Shown here piece by piece: positions 8,650 through 16,947 of a DNA stretch of 64,000 nt (position 1 is the first letter of the stretch; the number at the start of each line of letters is the position of its first letter). The notes beneath the pieces were generated by a model. The model was given only the letters and a program-made list of their open reading frames with translations, had not been told where the DNA came from and did not search any database. Location of the stretch: the NCBI GenBank assembly GCA_036253055.1, contig GCA_036253055.1_4124.1; one strand, written 5' to 3'. Position numbers and translations under genes: made by a program. Source of the stretch: a phage.

Positions 8650-8862
8650 TTAATCTTTCAGCCAATGATCTTGAATGAATTTTTCACAGAATCCCTGTTT
8701 CATAGATTCTAACAGGCGTTCACGGTGAGCGGCGGCATATTGCTCAGTACTATGCGTTACGCCAGGTTGATAACGTGAAACACCGTCCGGTCCGATATAT
8801 TGAACATCCCACGGTTTTTCGTTAGTATCAGACCATTTACGAACGATTAGTTGACCTTGCAT
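8650..8862 (-). CDS. hypothetical protein
   Basis: 70 aa; SD GAGGAAA; promoter and hairpin 8880-8939. Confidence 0.55.
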   Translation of the reverse strand: MQGQLIVRKWSDTNEKPWDVQYIGPDGVSRYQPGVTHSTEQYAAAHRERLLESMKQGFCEKFIQDHWLKD

Positions 8863-8879
8863 GTTTCTTTCCTCTTAGT

Positions 8880-8899
8880 GGGGAGAATCATTTCTCCCC
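8880..8899 (-). promoter_or_regulatory. conserved 5'UTR hairpin (GGGGAGAA-loop-TTCTCCCC) between promoter and SD
   Basis: Perfect 8-bp inverted repeat; recurs with small variations downstream of most early promoters. Confidence 0.55.
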
Positions 8900-8911
8900 T
8901 TCATGTAAACT

Positions 8912-8939
8912 ATTATACAGTACTAGATTACATTGTCAA
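8912..8939 (-). promoter_or_regulatory. sigma70-like early promoter (TTGACA, 16 nt, TG-extended TATAAT)
   Basis: Minus strand TTGACA..CAGTACTGTATAAT; one of about 40 near-identical modules in the window. Confidence 0.6.
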
Positions 8940-8945
8940 TAGTTT

Positions 8946-9269
8946 TTATTCACCTTGTTTGAATTTAGTTTTCTCCATTGATTCCATGATTGCAACCAAT
9001 ACAGCATGGATCTCACTTAACGCGGCATCACTAAAAGCATTAATGAATAGGCAATCATTCTCGCGAATATTTTTAATGTACTTATCAGCAGTGGTTGCGA
9101 ATTCATTCAACGGCAGATCAAATGCTTTATCCCATAATGGATGGCGTAACTGTAACAGTACTGGATTATCACGGTCACCAGGTGAGAAAGTGCCTGTAAT
9201 GAAACATACACCAGGGATACTTTCGAATTGACAACGAACTTCTTTTGTGATAGTAGTATGAATATACAT
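8946..9269 (-). CDS. hypothetical protein
   Basis: 107 aa; SD GAGGA. Confidence 0.5.
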   Translation of the reverse strand: MYIHTTITKEVRCQFESIPGVCFITGTFSPGDRDNPVLLQLRHPLWDKAFDLPLNEFATTADKYIKNIRENDCLFINAFSDAALSEIHAVLVAIMESMEKTKFKQGE

Positions 9270-9296
9270 TTATTTTTATCCTCTATTAAATTAATA

Positions 9297-9485
9297 TTAC
9301 AGTTTATGAATCAATTCTTTATCTAAGCGATAGCGAACATTATTGATTGTAACTGCATTGTTTTTAATGCTACGCTGTACAGGTCCACCAGCAATAACAA
9401 ACGTTGCCTTATTGCCCCGAACGATGATAGCACTTCCAGGATTACCAAAATCATCTTGTACTAAAATACTTGATAAGTTTTGCAT
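9297..9485 (-). CDS. hypothetical protein
   Basis: 62 aa; SD AAGGAAAG; promoter and hairpin 9503-9561. Confidence 0.5.
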   Translation of the reverse strand: MQNLSSILVQDDFGNPGSAIIVRGNKATFVIAGGPVQRSIKNNAVTINNVRYRLDKELIHKL

Positions 9486-9533
9486 TTGTCTTTCCTTGTA
9501 GTGGGGAGAACTATTCTCCCCTTCATGTAAACT

Positions 9534-9561
9534 ATTATACAGTACTTAAAACTAAATGCAA
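9534..9561 (-). promoter_or_regulatory. sigma70-like early promoter (TTGCAT, 16 nt, TATAAT) for gene 9297..9485
   Basis: Minus strand TTGCAT-N16-TATAAT; UTR hairpin GGGGAGAACTATTCTCCCC at 9503-9521. Confidence 0.6.
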
Positions 9562-9564
9562 GTA

Positions 9565-9921
9565 CTAGGATAAAATCATTATAGGATATTCACAGTTAAT
9601 CAGTACTTCAAAACCAAAACTTTCATACCATTCTTTAAGATTAAACTCGTTATCTTCTCCCGTATCGCATTCTAAGATGATACAATCTGAATCATCGGCG
9701 GCATCAATAAAGGCATTCATTAATTCAGTACCTTCACCGTTACCGCGATTATCGGGATCAACATAAAGAGAATCAATAAACGCTACACGATCATAATCAA
9801 GATCCGGTGCAACAATGCCACGTTTAACAAACCAGTACTGCAATTGTGCTACTTTGCCTTGTACTTGATAGCCAGTGATCTCACCATTGTCTGTAGTACG
9901 CGTGATATGTTGTATACCCAT
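9565..9921 (-). CDS. GNAT-family N-acetyltransferase-like protein
   Basis: Motif-A-like DNRGNGEGTELMNAFIDAA; 118 aa; SD GAGGA. Confidence 0.5.
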   Translation of the reverse strand: MGIQHITRTTDNGEITGYQVQGKVAQLQYWFVKRGIVAPDLDYDRVAFIDSLYVDPDNRGNGEGTELMNAFIDAADDSDCIILECDTGEDNEFNLKEWYESFGFEVLINCEYPIMILS

Positions 9922-9984
9922 GATTTCAATCCTCAGTTAAGATATAAAATATTATACACTAACTAACAGCACTGTCAATACTTT

Positions 9985-10242
9985 TTATCTCATAGATCTA
10001 TGCCAACAATTACGGGGATTGCGTTTGAATATGCTATCATGATCAGCCTGGCAAGTGATGCAGTACTTACACCCCTTAACGGCCAGGCGGCGATTCTCAG
10101 GGATTTTATCGCCGCAGTCGAGGCAATGTATCAGTGATTCTATTTGTGCGTTAATTTGCGTTCTAGCGTGGTTTACAGCGGCCTGAATCACTGCGTTAAT
10201 CTCGTCTTGCTCGGCCCCGTCATTCGCGAATCCAACAGCCAT
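9985..10242 (-). CDS. TraR/DksA-family C4 zinc-finger protein
   Basis: CLDCGDKIPENRRLAVKGCKYCITCQ fits the TraR/DksA C4 zinc-finger pattern. Confidence 0.6.
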   Translation of the reverse strand: MAVGFANDGAEQDEINAVIQAAVNHARTQINAQIESLIHCLDCGDKIPENRRLAVKGCKYCITCQADHDSIFKRNPRNCWHRSMR

Positions 10243-10405
10243 TATTTTAACCTCATTATAAAAATACTATAGTACTGTAATGCTACAATAATACTACTAG
10301 TACTGATTTTATTCAAACCGTATGATACTACATATTCCCCAGCATTACCACGAATGGTAACGCCTTTGTACTTTCTATATAATTTCAACTACGTTTATTG
10401 CCTTT

Positions 10406-10476
10406 GATCAAGATTTGATCAGAATTATACGCCTTATGCTAAATTGATCCAGTACTTTTTTGATCATTTATTGATC
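10406..10476. promoter_or_regulatory. cluster of five TTGATC (GATC) sites in 71 bp
   Basis: GATC at 10406, 10417, 10446, 10462, 10473, each preceded by TT. Confidence 0.45.
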
Positions 10477-10571
10477 GATATTATATAGTTACATTTGTGC
10501 ACCCTATGGGTTAGTGACGTTCTCGTCTTGATGTAAGTATTATGCCAGTACTGGCATAATTTGTCAATAGA

Positions 10572-10769
10572 TTATTTTAACTTTTTTCTGTCATTGATTA
10601 ATGCTTTCAGTACTATACTAATGATCTGCAATGATTCATCAATGACTATAAAATTATTTTCTTTCATTAGATGATAGTTACCATTGATTGTATATTCTAA
10701 GGAGTACTGTTTACGTTTAATTTTTGATAATGTTTCTATTTGTTTTTGTACTGATTTCATGCTAATCAT
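10572..10769 (-). CDS. hypothetical protein
   Basis: 65 aa ORF. Confidence 0.45.
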   Translation of the reverse strand: MISMKSVQKQIETLSKIKRKQYSLEYTINGNYHLMKENNFIVIDESLQIISIVLKALINDRKKLK

Positions 10770-10874
10770 TGTTAAACGTCCTGTAACGCATTCTAACGAG
10801 TTAAACGGTTTAGTACTGGCATTGTATAGGGTAAAGGATTAAAGCCCACCAGCGTTAACCAGTGGGCTATAATC

Positions 10875-11018
10875 TTACATCTTGCGGATAATCTTAACAG
10901 TATCTTTCACCGATTTACCGTCTTGCTGACATTGTTCGATCATCGCGTATTGTTCTGCGGTCAGATCCTCGCCAGTTTTTGCCAGTACTGCGTCGATGAA
11001 TGAATCCAGTGCGATCAT
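10875..11018 (-). CDS. small hypothetical protein (47 aa)
   Basis: Not in track; hand-translated MIALDSFIDAVLAKTGEDL... Confidence 0.4.
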   Translation of the reverse strand: MIALDSFIDAVLAKTGEDLTAEQYAMIEQCQQDGKSVKDTVKIIRKM

Positions 11019-11117
11019 TTTGTTTCTCTCTTAGGTTAAGTTAACTACTGTTTATAAAACTTATTATACAGTACTATCAAACTATGTCAATATCTTTAAT
11101 AGTACTGGTAATATATT

Positions 11118-11297
11118 TTAGCGGTAGTCGTCGTATGCTTTATTCACCTGGCGAATGTAACTTTCAAAGGCTTCGTCTACCGTTTCATACTCCCGAACAT
11201 AATCACCATAGGAAACTACATACATCCCTTTTTGATCTTCAAACGTCATGATGATAGAATCCAGGCCGATGATTTCAGTTTTTGCGATAATAGCCAT
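11118..11297 (-). CDS. small hypothetical protein (59 aa)
   Basis: Not in track (59 aa); SD AAGGAA; hand-translated MAIIAKTEIIG... Confidence 0.45.
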   Translation of the reverse strand: MAIIAKTEIIGLDSIIMTFEDQKGMYVVSYGDYVREYETVDEAFESYIRQVNKAYDDYR

Positions 11298-11380
11298 TTT
11301 AGTATTCCTTAGTAGTGTAGTTGATAAAAGTTATTATGCCAGTACTATCAATCATTGTCAATAGTACTGTGATAATATTT

Positions 11381-11593
11381 TTAGTTAATGATAGTCAGTG
11401 TAAAATTGTAATCCCCTGCCTGGTATAGTACTTTGTCGCCGAATGTACCAACACGTTTCATATTGCAATAGATACCCATAACACTTTTTACATCTTTGAT
11501 ATTCCGAACGCCTGTGATATCCTTGTTGAAATTTTCATGTTCAGAAAATAAAACTTGTTTTGCATTTTTCAGTACAGTGCAGATATTAGCCAT
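11381..11593 (-). CDS. hypothetical protein
   Basis: 70 aa. Confidence 0.5.
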   Translation of the reverse strand: MANICTVLKNAKQVLFSEHENFNKDITGVRNIKDVKSVMGIYCNMKRVGTFGDKVLYQAGDYNFTLTIIN

Positions 11594-11686
11594 TTTGATT
11601 TCTCTCTGTTTGTGGGGAGAACTATTCTCCCCTTGATGTAACTTATTATACAGTACTATAATCTATTGTCAAACTATTTTTTAATA

Positions 11687-12028
11687 TTATTCAAAATCTT
11701 CTGGACCGGACTGATAATCATCTTCACCGTATGCACTTTCTAACTTCTCGCCAGTGTGATCATCAGTTAGTGAGTCATCCTCATAGTTCACGTCTACGCC
11801 TACAATGTAAAACTGGCTATCGTCTGGATCATTGAAATTAATTTTCTGAATGTTTACAATAACGGTATTGATGCCCAGGACACCGCCATCAGCAGTTACA
11901 AAGTACTGATATTTTTCACAACCGCCTGAATTGAAACCGTAATTAATTTCGGCCCGACCATCATTTAAACGCAGTGCCTGGGCGATGATTTCATTTTCAA
12001 AGTTAGATTGAGCAATTGAGATAGTCAT
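11687..12028 (-). CDS. highly acidic hypothetical protein (candidate DNA mimic)
   Basis: 113 aa; D/E-rich C-terminus DDSLTDDHTGEKLESAYGEDDYQSGPEDFE; SD AAGGAAAC. Confidence 0.5.
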   Translation of the reverse strand: MTISIAQSNFENEIIAQALRLNDGRAEINYGFNSGGCEKYQYFVTADGGVLGINTVIVNIQKINFNDPDDSQFYIVGVDVNYEDDSLTDDHTGEKLESAYGEDDYQSGPEDFE

Positions 12029-12238
12029 GATTTGTTTCCTTATTACCAGGGGAAACCGTTTCCCCTTTCGATGTAAAACATTATACGCTTATTGAGATAG
12101 TTTGCAAGTACTTTTTAAAAATAGTTTTCAGTACTCAAACATTATATAATAGATACACTTATGCACCCTGTGGGCTAGTGAGCTATCTCTCAATGAATAT
12201 ATAATAGCAAAATGGCTGACCGGAGTCAACCACTTTTT

Positions 12239-12382
12239 TCATTTATTTTTAGCTTTTAGAATCGCCGCCTTTCGCGTCATGCCTTGCTTGATGTATTCCT
12301 GTACTTTCGCTTTACGTGCATTCGCTTTATTTGCTTTCGTAAACGCCGAACAACTTTTATAATTTAAGCCTGTTGGATTCAT
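12239..12382 (-). CDS. small basic protein (47 aa)
   Basis: Not in track; K/A-rich; hand-translated. Confidence 0.35.
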   Translation of the reverse strand: MNPTGLNYKSCSAFTKANKANARKAKVQEYIKQGMTRKAAILKAKNK

Positions 12383-12472
12383 TTAAATCACCATAAAGAA
12401 TAGATAGGTTACTAACAATGCCGCGATCAATGCACCGACCAGGGCCGAACTATAGTAAGCTAATGATTTCAT
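12383..12472 (-). CDS. hydrophobic micro-protein (29 aa, single TM)
   Basis: Hand-translated MKSLAYYSSALVGALIAALLVTYLFFMVI; ATGA overlap with upstream gene. Confidence 0.3.
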   Translation of the reverse strand: MKSLAYYSSALVGALIAALLVTYLFFMVI

Positions 12473-12621
12473 TTTTTAGCCTGAAAGTAATGTTTAATTT
12501 GTGCGGCGGTCAGTGCACAATTACGCAGGAAGTTTTCTGTATAACTGCGGCGAGTACTGAAAGAGAATTGACCTTTGCCGTTACCGATAGTAACATCAAA
12601 CCGAGCGTTGTATTGTTTCAT
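12469..12621 (-). CDS. small hypothetical protein
   Basis: Start moved to ATG 12619-12621; track N-terminus is translated UTR hairpin. Confidence 0.45.
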   Translation of the reverse strand: MKQYNARFDVTIGNGKGQFSFSTRRSYTENFLRNCALTAAQIKHYFQAKK

Positions 12622-12707
12622 TTTGATTCTCCTGTTATTGGGGAGAACCATTTCTCCCCTCTATGTAAAACATTATACGCGTTTAAAAACTAATTGCAAG
12701 TATTATT

Positions 12708-12959
12708 TTAAACTTTGTATTTTAAACTTTGTGCGACTAATTTCGCACGGTCAATCATATTCTGCCATTTTTGGATCTCTTCTGGTAGAAAACGATATTC
12801 ACCAATTACAATAGTGATACACTGGTCAGCCTTGTCGATGTATGTGGTATCAATCTCTACTTGAACGGGTACACGTTCGCCGTACTCAGTCCCTGGGATA
12901 ATGCAATCATTATCATAAGTTACAGTAGTAGCAGTGTCTTTGATTAAAATTGTTTCCAT
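12708..12959 (-). CDS. hypothetical protein
   Basis: 83 aa; SD GAGGAAAG. Confidence 0.55.
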   Translation of the reverse strand: METILIKDTATTVTYDNDCIIPGTEYGERVPVQVEIDTTYIDKADQCITIVIGEYRFLPEEIQKWQNMIDRAKLVAQSLKYKV

Positions 12960-13041
12960 TATACTTTCCTCGTTAGGTGTAAGGGGAACGTTTTCCCCTT
13001 CATGTAAACTATTATACAGTACTAAAAACTAATTGCAAGTA

Positions 13042-13188
13042 CTATTTTTTAGATTTACGCAAACTTTCTACCATCTCAGGAGTAAGGCCAGGCGGGTAGG
13101 AAACCACTTCATCAACGAAACGTAAAGGGAATACCCCAGCGAAAGGTGAACGTGCTTTCTTAGTATTACTCTTTTTTGATGCTTTCAT
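13042..13188 (-). CDS. small basic protein (48 aa), paralog of 7497..7631
   Basis: Not in track; hand-translated MKASKKSNTKKARSPFAGV...; shares MKA..N.KKA..P.AG N-terminus with 7497..7631. Confidence 0.45.
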   Translation of the reverse strand: MKASKKSNTKKARSPFAGVFPLRFVDEVVSYPPGLTPEMVESLRKSKK

Positions 13189-13257
13189 TTCATATTCCTT
13201 AATTAGTGGGGAGAATCATTTCTCCCCTTCATGTAAAACATTATACGCGTTTAAAAA

Positions 13258-13467
13258 CTAATTGCAAGTACTATTTGAAAGTAAATGCTCATACGCTGCA
13301 TTAACTACGTTTTCAATAACCGACTGTACAGAAAGATCCCCCACGTCCTGGCTATAGTAGAAATCGCTTACAGTGGTGTCATCGTATGCAAATACTTTAC
13401 CAGGTACTGCATCAATCACATACATATTAACCTTTAAGATGTCGATCTTATCCTGTACAGTAAGCAT
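13258..13467 (-). CDS. hypothetical protein
   Basis: 69 aa; 5-nt gap from upstream gene. Confidence 0.5.
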   Translation of the reverse strand: MLTVQDKIDILKVNMYVIDAVPGKVFAYDDTTVSDFYYSQDVGDLSVQSVIENVVNAAYEHLLSNSTCN

Positions 13468-13472
13468 ATTAA

Positions 13473-13745
13473 TTAACCTTTTAAGTACTGGCTTAAGTAG
13501 TCTTGTTGATCTTCGGTGATTGCAGCCATCTTCCCTAGTACTGGATTGATGATATAATCCCCTGTAACGTCCTGTAACGCATTCTCAGGCGGTTTAACGG
13601 CTGGGGTAGCCATAGCCATTGCCTGGACTTGTTCGACGCTGTAACGCTCATAAAGGCGGCATTCTTCCGGTGTTAACATAGCATCAGTACGCTTCATCGG
13701 TTTAATGATGCTTTCGATCTCATTCAGTACTTGATTAACGTTCAT
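13473..13745 (-). CDS. hypothetical protein
   Basis: 90 aa; SD GGGGA. Confidence 0.5.
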   Translation of the reverse strand: MNVNQVLNEIESIIKPMKRTDAMLTPEECRLYERYSVEQVQAMAMATPAVKPPENALQDVTGDYIINPVLGKMAAITEDQQDYLSQYLKG

Positions 13746-13796
13746 GGTATAATCCCCAATATAAGCGGCCTAAATCGACCGCTAACGATGTTTTGA

Positions 13797-14066
13797 TTAA
13801 TAGGTGTATGGTTGACGCTCAAACAATGAATAGACGTTATACGCCCCGCTTATGGGCTTCGCTGGTAAATCAATTTTATATTGTTCACGCTTAAAGATAA
13901 TAAAACGGCAATTGTTTTTAACATCAAAATTGATTGAACGTTCCAGGAGTTTACCATCGTGCACAAATACAAGATAACCGCTTGGTACTTGTTTTGTAGA
14001 ACTGGTTGCAACCATAGACCGACGAACATGTGTACCTGCATCGATTAAAGTACTGATATTTTTCAT
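13797..14066 (-). CDS. hypothetical protein
   Basis: 89 aa; SD AGAGGA. Confidence 0.5.
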   Translation of the reverse strand: MKNISTLIDAGTHVRRSMVATSSTKQVPSGYLVFVHDGKLLERSINFDVKNNCRFIIFKREQYKIDLPAKPISGAYNVYSLFERQPYTY

Positions 14067-14146
14067 TTTACTATCCTCTTAAGTTGATTTAATTTCTTTC
14101 TCCTATGCAGACACTATATCAAAGTATCTGCATAAAGTAAAGCTAA

Positions 14147-14470
14147 TTAAAGATCTTTTTTGCGTTTAACATTCTGTACAGTACAATGCAACGGGATATT
14201 AAGATCATTGCACAAACGATAGAGGGAGGTTTCAACAGTATCAAGCCCGTCTACTGATTCCTTTAAGAGTGATACCGCCGTTTGTTGATATGCATCCTCA
14301 TAGCCATAAGTAAATGATTCAACCGCCAGATCATTCAAGCCGTTATCCAGTTCAACGCTTACATGACAAGAATGATAAGTATTGCCATATGAATCAGTCC
14401 AACGTTTACCGTCAACATTGATTGCATGGATTGCAGCCAGGGAAACGGTGTTGATGATAGTTTTAGCCAT
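14147..14470 (-). CDS. hypothetical protein, paralog of 7086..7409
   Basis: WTDSYGNTYHSC..FTYGY motif; SD AAGGAA. Confidence 0.55.
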   Translation of the reverse strand: MAKTIINTVSLAAIHAINVDGKRWTDSYGNTYHSCHVSVELDNGLNDLAVESFTYGYEDAYQQTAVSLLKESVDGLDTVETSLYRLCNDLNIPLHCTVQNVKRKKDL

Positions 14471-14561
14471 TTTAGTATTCCTTAAATTAATATGTGTCGT
14501 CTTGATAAAATCTATTATGCCAGTACTATCAAACTATGTCAATAGTACTGTGATAATATTT

Positions 14562-14774
14562 TTACTTACTTTCTTTCGCTGCTTTATATGTTGCCACTGC
14601 CATAACCACATCAGCACGAACAAAGTTTTTAACCGTGTCACTGTAATAATTGATCGCATCATCTATATCTGCGAACGTCCGATACATACCGCACCAAGAT
14701 ACTTTATAACCTTCTTTCACTTCTACCAGTTTAACGATAGTCTTGTTAACTTTGATTTTAGTAATGATAGCCAT
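14562..14774 (-). CDS. hypothetical protein
   Basis: Start moved to ATG 14772-14774; track N-terminus is translated UTR hairpin. Confidence 0.5.
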   Translation of the reverse strand: MAIITKIKVNKTIVKLVEVKEGYKVSWCGMYRTFADIDDAINYYSDTVKNFVRADVVMAVATYKAAKESK

Positions 14775-14861
14775 TTTAGTTTCCTCATTATCAGGGAGAA
14801 CCATTTCTCCCCTTGATGTAATGTATTATACTTTATTCGATTTACTTTGCAAGTACTTTTT

Positions 14862-15089
14862 TTAATTTAATTCATCCAGGCAAAGGATACGCTCAACGCC
14901 CAAATCAGTTAAACTAATCGACGGCACTTGATAGGTTTCAATGTATGCTACACTTGCCCACTGACCGAACTCATTAACGGCCCAGGTATTCATTGCATTT
15001 TGCAATTCCGCACCTGCCTTGTTAGTAATGACTGCAACTACTTGTTCGTTGCCAGTAGTACCAGATACGCGAGTAATGATAATAGCCAT
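14862..15089 (-). CDS. hypothetical protein
   Basis: Track N-terminus MFYIERGK is translated promoter; start moved to ATG 15087-15089. Confidence 0.5.
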   Translation of the reverse strand: MAIIITRVSGTTGNEQVVAVITNKAGAELQNAMNTWAVNEFGQWASVAYIETYQVPSISLTDLGVERILCLDELN

Positions 15090-15319
15090 TGTTTTGATTC
15101 CTTTGATTTGGAAGGAGAACCGTTTCCCCCTCTCGATGTAAAACATTATACGCTAATCTCTTAATCGTGCAAGTACTTTTTATTACTTTTTGCAAAATAC
15201 TTTAAACGCTCTCAATCGCATTCTAACGACCTTAACGCCACCAGCTAGGGCGATGTATCAGATAATCAGTTTAATGCGTTAGAATCGATTCTAGGCGGTG
15301 CTGGTGGACTGGAATACTA

Positions 15320-15350
15320 CAGACACAAAAAAGCCCACTGTTTAAGGTGG
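15320..15350 (-). terminator. rho-independent terminator after gene 15375..15857
   Basis: Minus strand AGCCCACC-loop-GGTGGGCT followed by TTTTTTGTGT. Confidence 0.6.
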
Positions 15351-15374
15351 GCTAGTGATTCAGTACTTTAATTG

Positions 15375-15857
15375 TTATGCTTCAACTTTGCGATGAGCTT
15401 CGATCCATTCCTCGCGAGTCATACCGCTTTCTTTGATAGCGTCCAGTACTACCGCAATGCAGTTACCGCGTACAGGAATCAAATGTTCTTCCCCGTTATC
15501 AAGGACAACAGTAACACGTTCTTGAATCCATTTTTTAGGCTTAGATTCCGGCTTATCTTCACCGTACTTAACCGCCAGGGCTTTATGTGCCATTTCAATA
15601 ACCACTTCCAGATCTAAACCAGACACCGCCGCCTGAATACTTTCTATTGTTGCTTGCAGTTCTGCTTCACGGGCTTTTTTCTGTTCTTCCAGTTCTGCTA
15701 CCTTTTTGGCTTGTAGTTCTTTCGCTTCACTGTAAGCAATGTTAAAATTGTTGCGTACTGCTTTCATGGTATCATTATCCAGGTCAGCCAGCAATTCAGC
15801 AGCAATCACAGTATCGTTAGAAATCAGTGCTTTCAGAAATGATTTTACATTAGCCAT
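15375..15857 (-). CDS. possible H-NS-like nucleoid-associated protein
   Basis: N-terminal coiled coil (ELQAKKVAELEEQKKAREAELQ); C-terminus IPVRGNCIAVVLDAIKESGMTREEWI loosely resembles the H-NS DNA-binding region; start at ATG 15855-15857 (SD GAGGA). Confidence 0.35.
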   Translation of the reverse strand: MANVKSFLKALISNDTVIAAELLADLDNDTMKAVRNNFNIAYSEAKELQAKKVAELEEQKKAREAELQATIESIQAAVSGLDLEVVIEMAHKALAVKYGEDKPESKPKKWIQERVTVVLDNGEEHLIPVRGNCIAVVLDAIKESGMTREEWIEAHRKVEA

Positions 15858-16049
15858 TTTATAAATCCTCAATTAAAGTTTAAGTTAGTTTATCAAAGTT
15901 TGTTTGACGTGTCCAGTTTTTCATTCGACTTACTGGCGGTCTACTTAATGTTCCCCGTCTTGATGTAATACATTCTACGCTTTTCCCTGGTAATGTCAAC
16001 TACTTTTTTAAAACTATTTTCAAAGTATACCAGTACTACGATACTACAA

Positions 16050-16085
16050 AAACAAAAAAGCCCACTGTATAAGTGGGCTAGTGAT
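16050..16085 (-). terminator. rho-independent terminator after gene 16097..16396
   Basis: Minus strand AGCCCAC-loop-GTGGGCT followed by TTTTTTGTTTTTG. Confidence 0.6.
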
Positions 16086-16096
16086 TCAGTACTATA

Positions 16097-16396
16097 TTAT
16101 AAACAATTAATTACGCCAGTGAATGTAACTTTCTCTGTATCCATTACAGTAACCGAACCGCGTTTACTTTTTGCATCGTAATAGATGGTCGTGCTACCCT
16201 GATCATCTTCTTCATGGTACGGGCCATTAGCAAACATTGCAGGGGCCAGTTCCAGGGATTTGGTAACGATCTCAGCCGTTTCCTCGTTAGTCATTGCAAC
16301 AGTGCACTGAATGAATTTTTCTTTCTGTACATCAACGGAAGCGTTAACAGCGAAAGAGGAAACAGATAAAGCCAGGGCGATGATTGCAGTTTTCAT
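16097..16396 (-). CDS. secreted protein (signal peptide)
   Basis: N-terminus MKTAIIALALSVSSFAVNA; SD AAGGA; terminator downstream at 16050-16085. Confidence 0.55.
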   Translation of the reverse strand: MKTAIIALALSVSSFAVNASVDVQKEKFIQCTVAMTNEETAEIVTKSLELAPAMFANGPYHEEDDQGSTTIYYDAKSKRGSVTVMDTEKVTFTGVINCL

Positions 16397-16506
16397 TTGT
16401 ATATCCTTTGTTAGTACTAGGGAGTATTCCCGATTAGATGTAAAACATTATACGCGTTTAAAAACTATTATCAAGTACTTTAATATAAAAGTATTTGAAA
16501 AAAAGT

Positions 16507-16535
16507 CTTGACAACTGCATCCAGTACTGGCATAA
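16507..16535 (+). promoter_or_regulatory. plus-strand sigma70-like promoter (TTGACA, 17 nt, CATAAT) driving a short non-coding transcript
   Basis: TTGACA 16507-16512, CATAAT 16530-16535; followed by CCCACAGGGTGC motif and hairpin 16610-16640; no ORF. Confidence 0.45.
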
Positions 16536-16641
16536 TATCTACATAAAGACGAGATAGTCACTAACCCACAGGGTGCATAGATCCGTCTATTAAATGATTC
16601 AGTACTGCAAAATAAAGGGGATCGTTTGATCCCCCTGATTA

Positions 16642-16863
16642 TTACTTAGTAAGATATAAACAAAAATCACCTTTCTTTGATACTCCGCAAGTGTAACGCG
16701 ATGAATAGTTAGAAACGTCTTGTACTTCTGCAATGACGAGCGTATCATCATTTAACTCATCGCAAAAACATACTGCGGGATCTTCTACGCCGATATTGTC
16801 GGCATGTTCCCGCATAGATTTAACCAGTGCTTCAAGCTGGGAAAGAGTAGTGATATTAGCCAT
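16642..16863 (-). CDS. hypothetical protein
   Basis: 73 aa; SD TAAGGAG. Confidence 0.55.
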   Translation of the reverse strand: MANITTLSQLEALVKSMREHADNIGVEDPAVCFCDELNDDTLVIAEVQDVSNYSSRYTCGVSKKGDFCLYLTK

Positions 16864-16947
16864 TGTAAAACTCCTTATTAGTGGGGAGAACCATTTCCCC
16901 CTTGATGTAAACTATTATATAGTACTGGAAACTATTTGCAAGTACTT

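Noticed and set aside
13850-14041. Minus-strand ORF 13850..14041
   Set aside because: Nested in another frame of the longer gene 13797..14066, which has the SD.
14382-14816. 144-aa plus-strand ORF 14382..14816
   Set aside because: It spans two minus-strand genes and their promoter module; low-complexity hydrophobic translation with no RBS.
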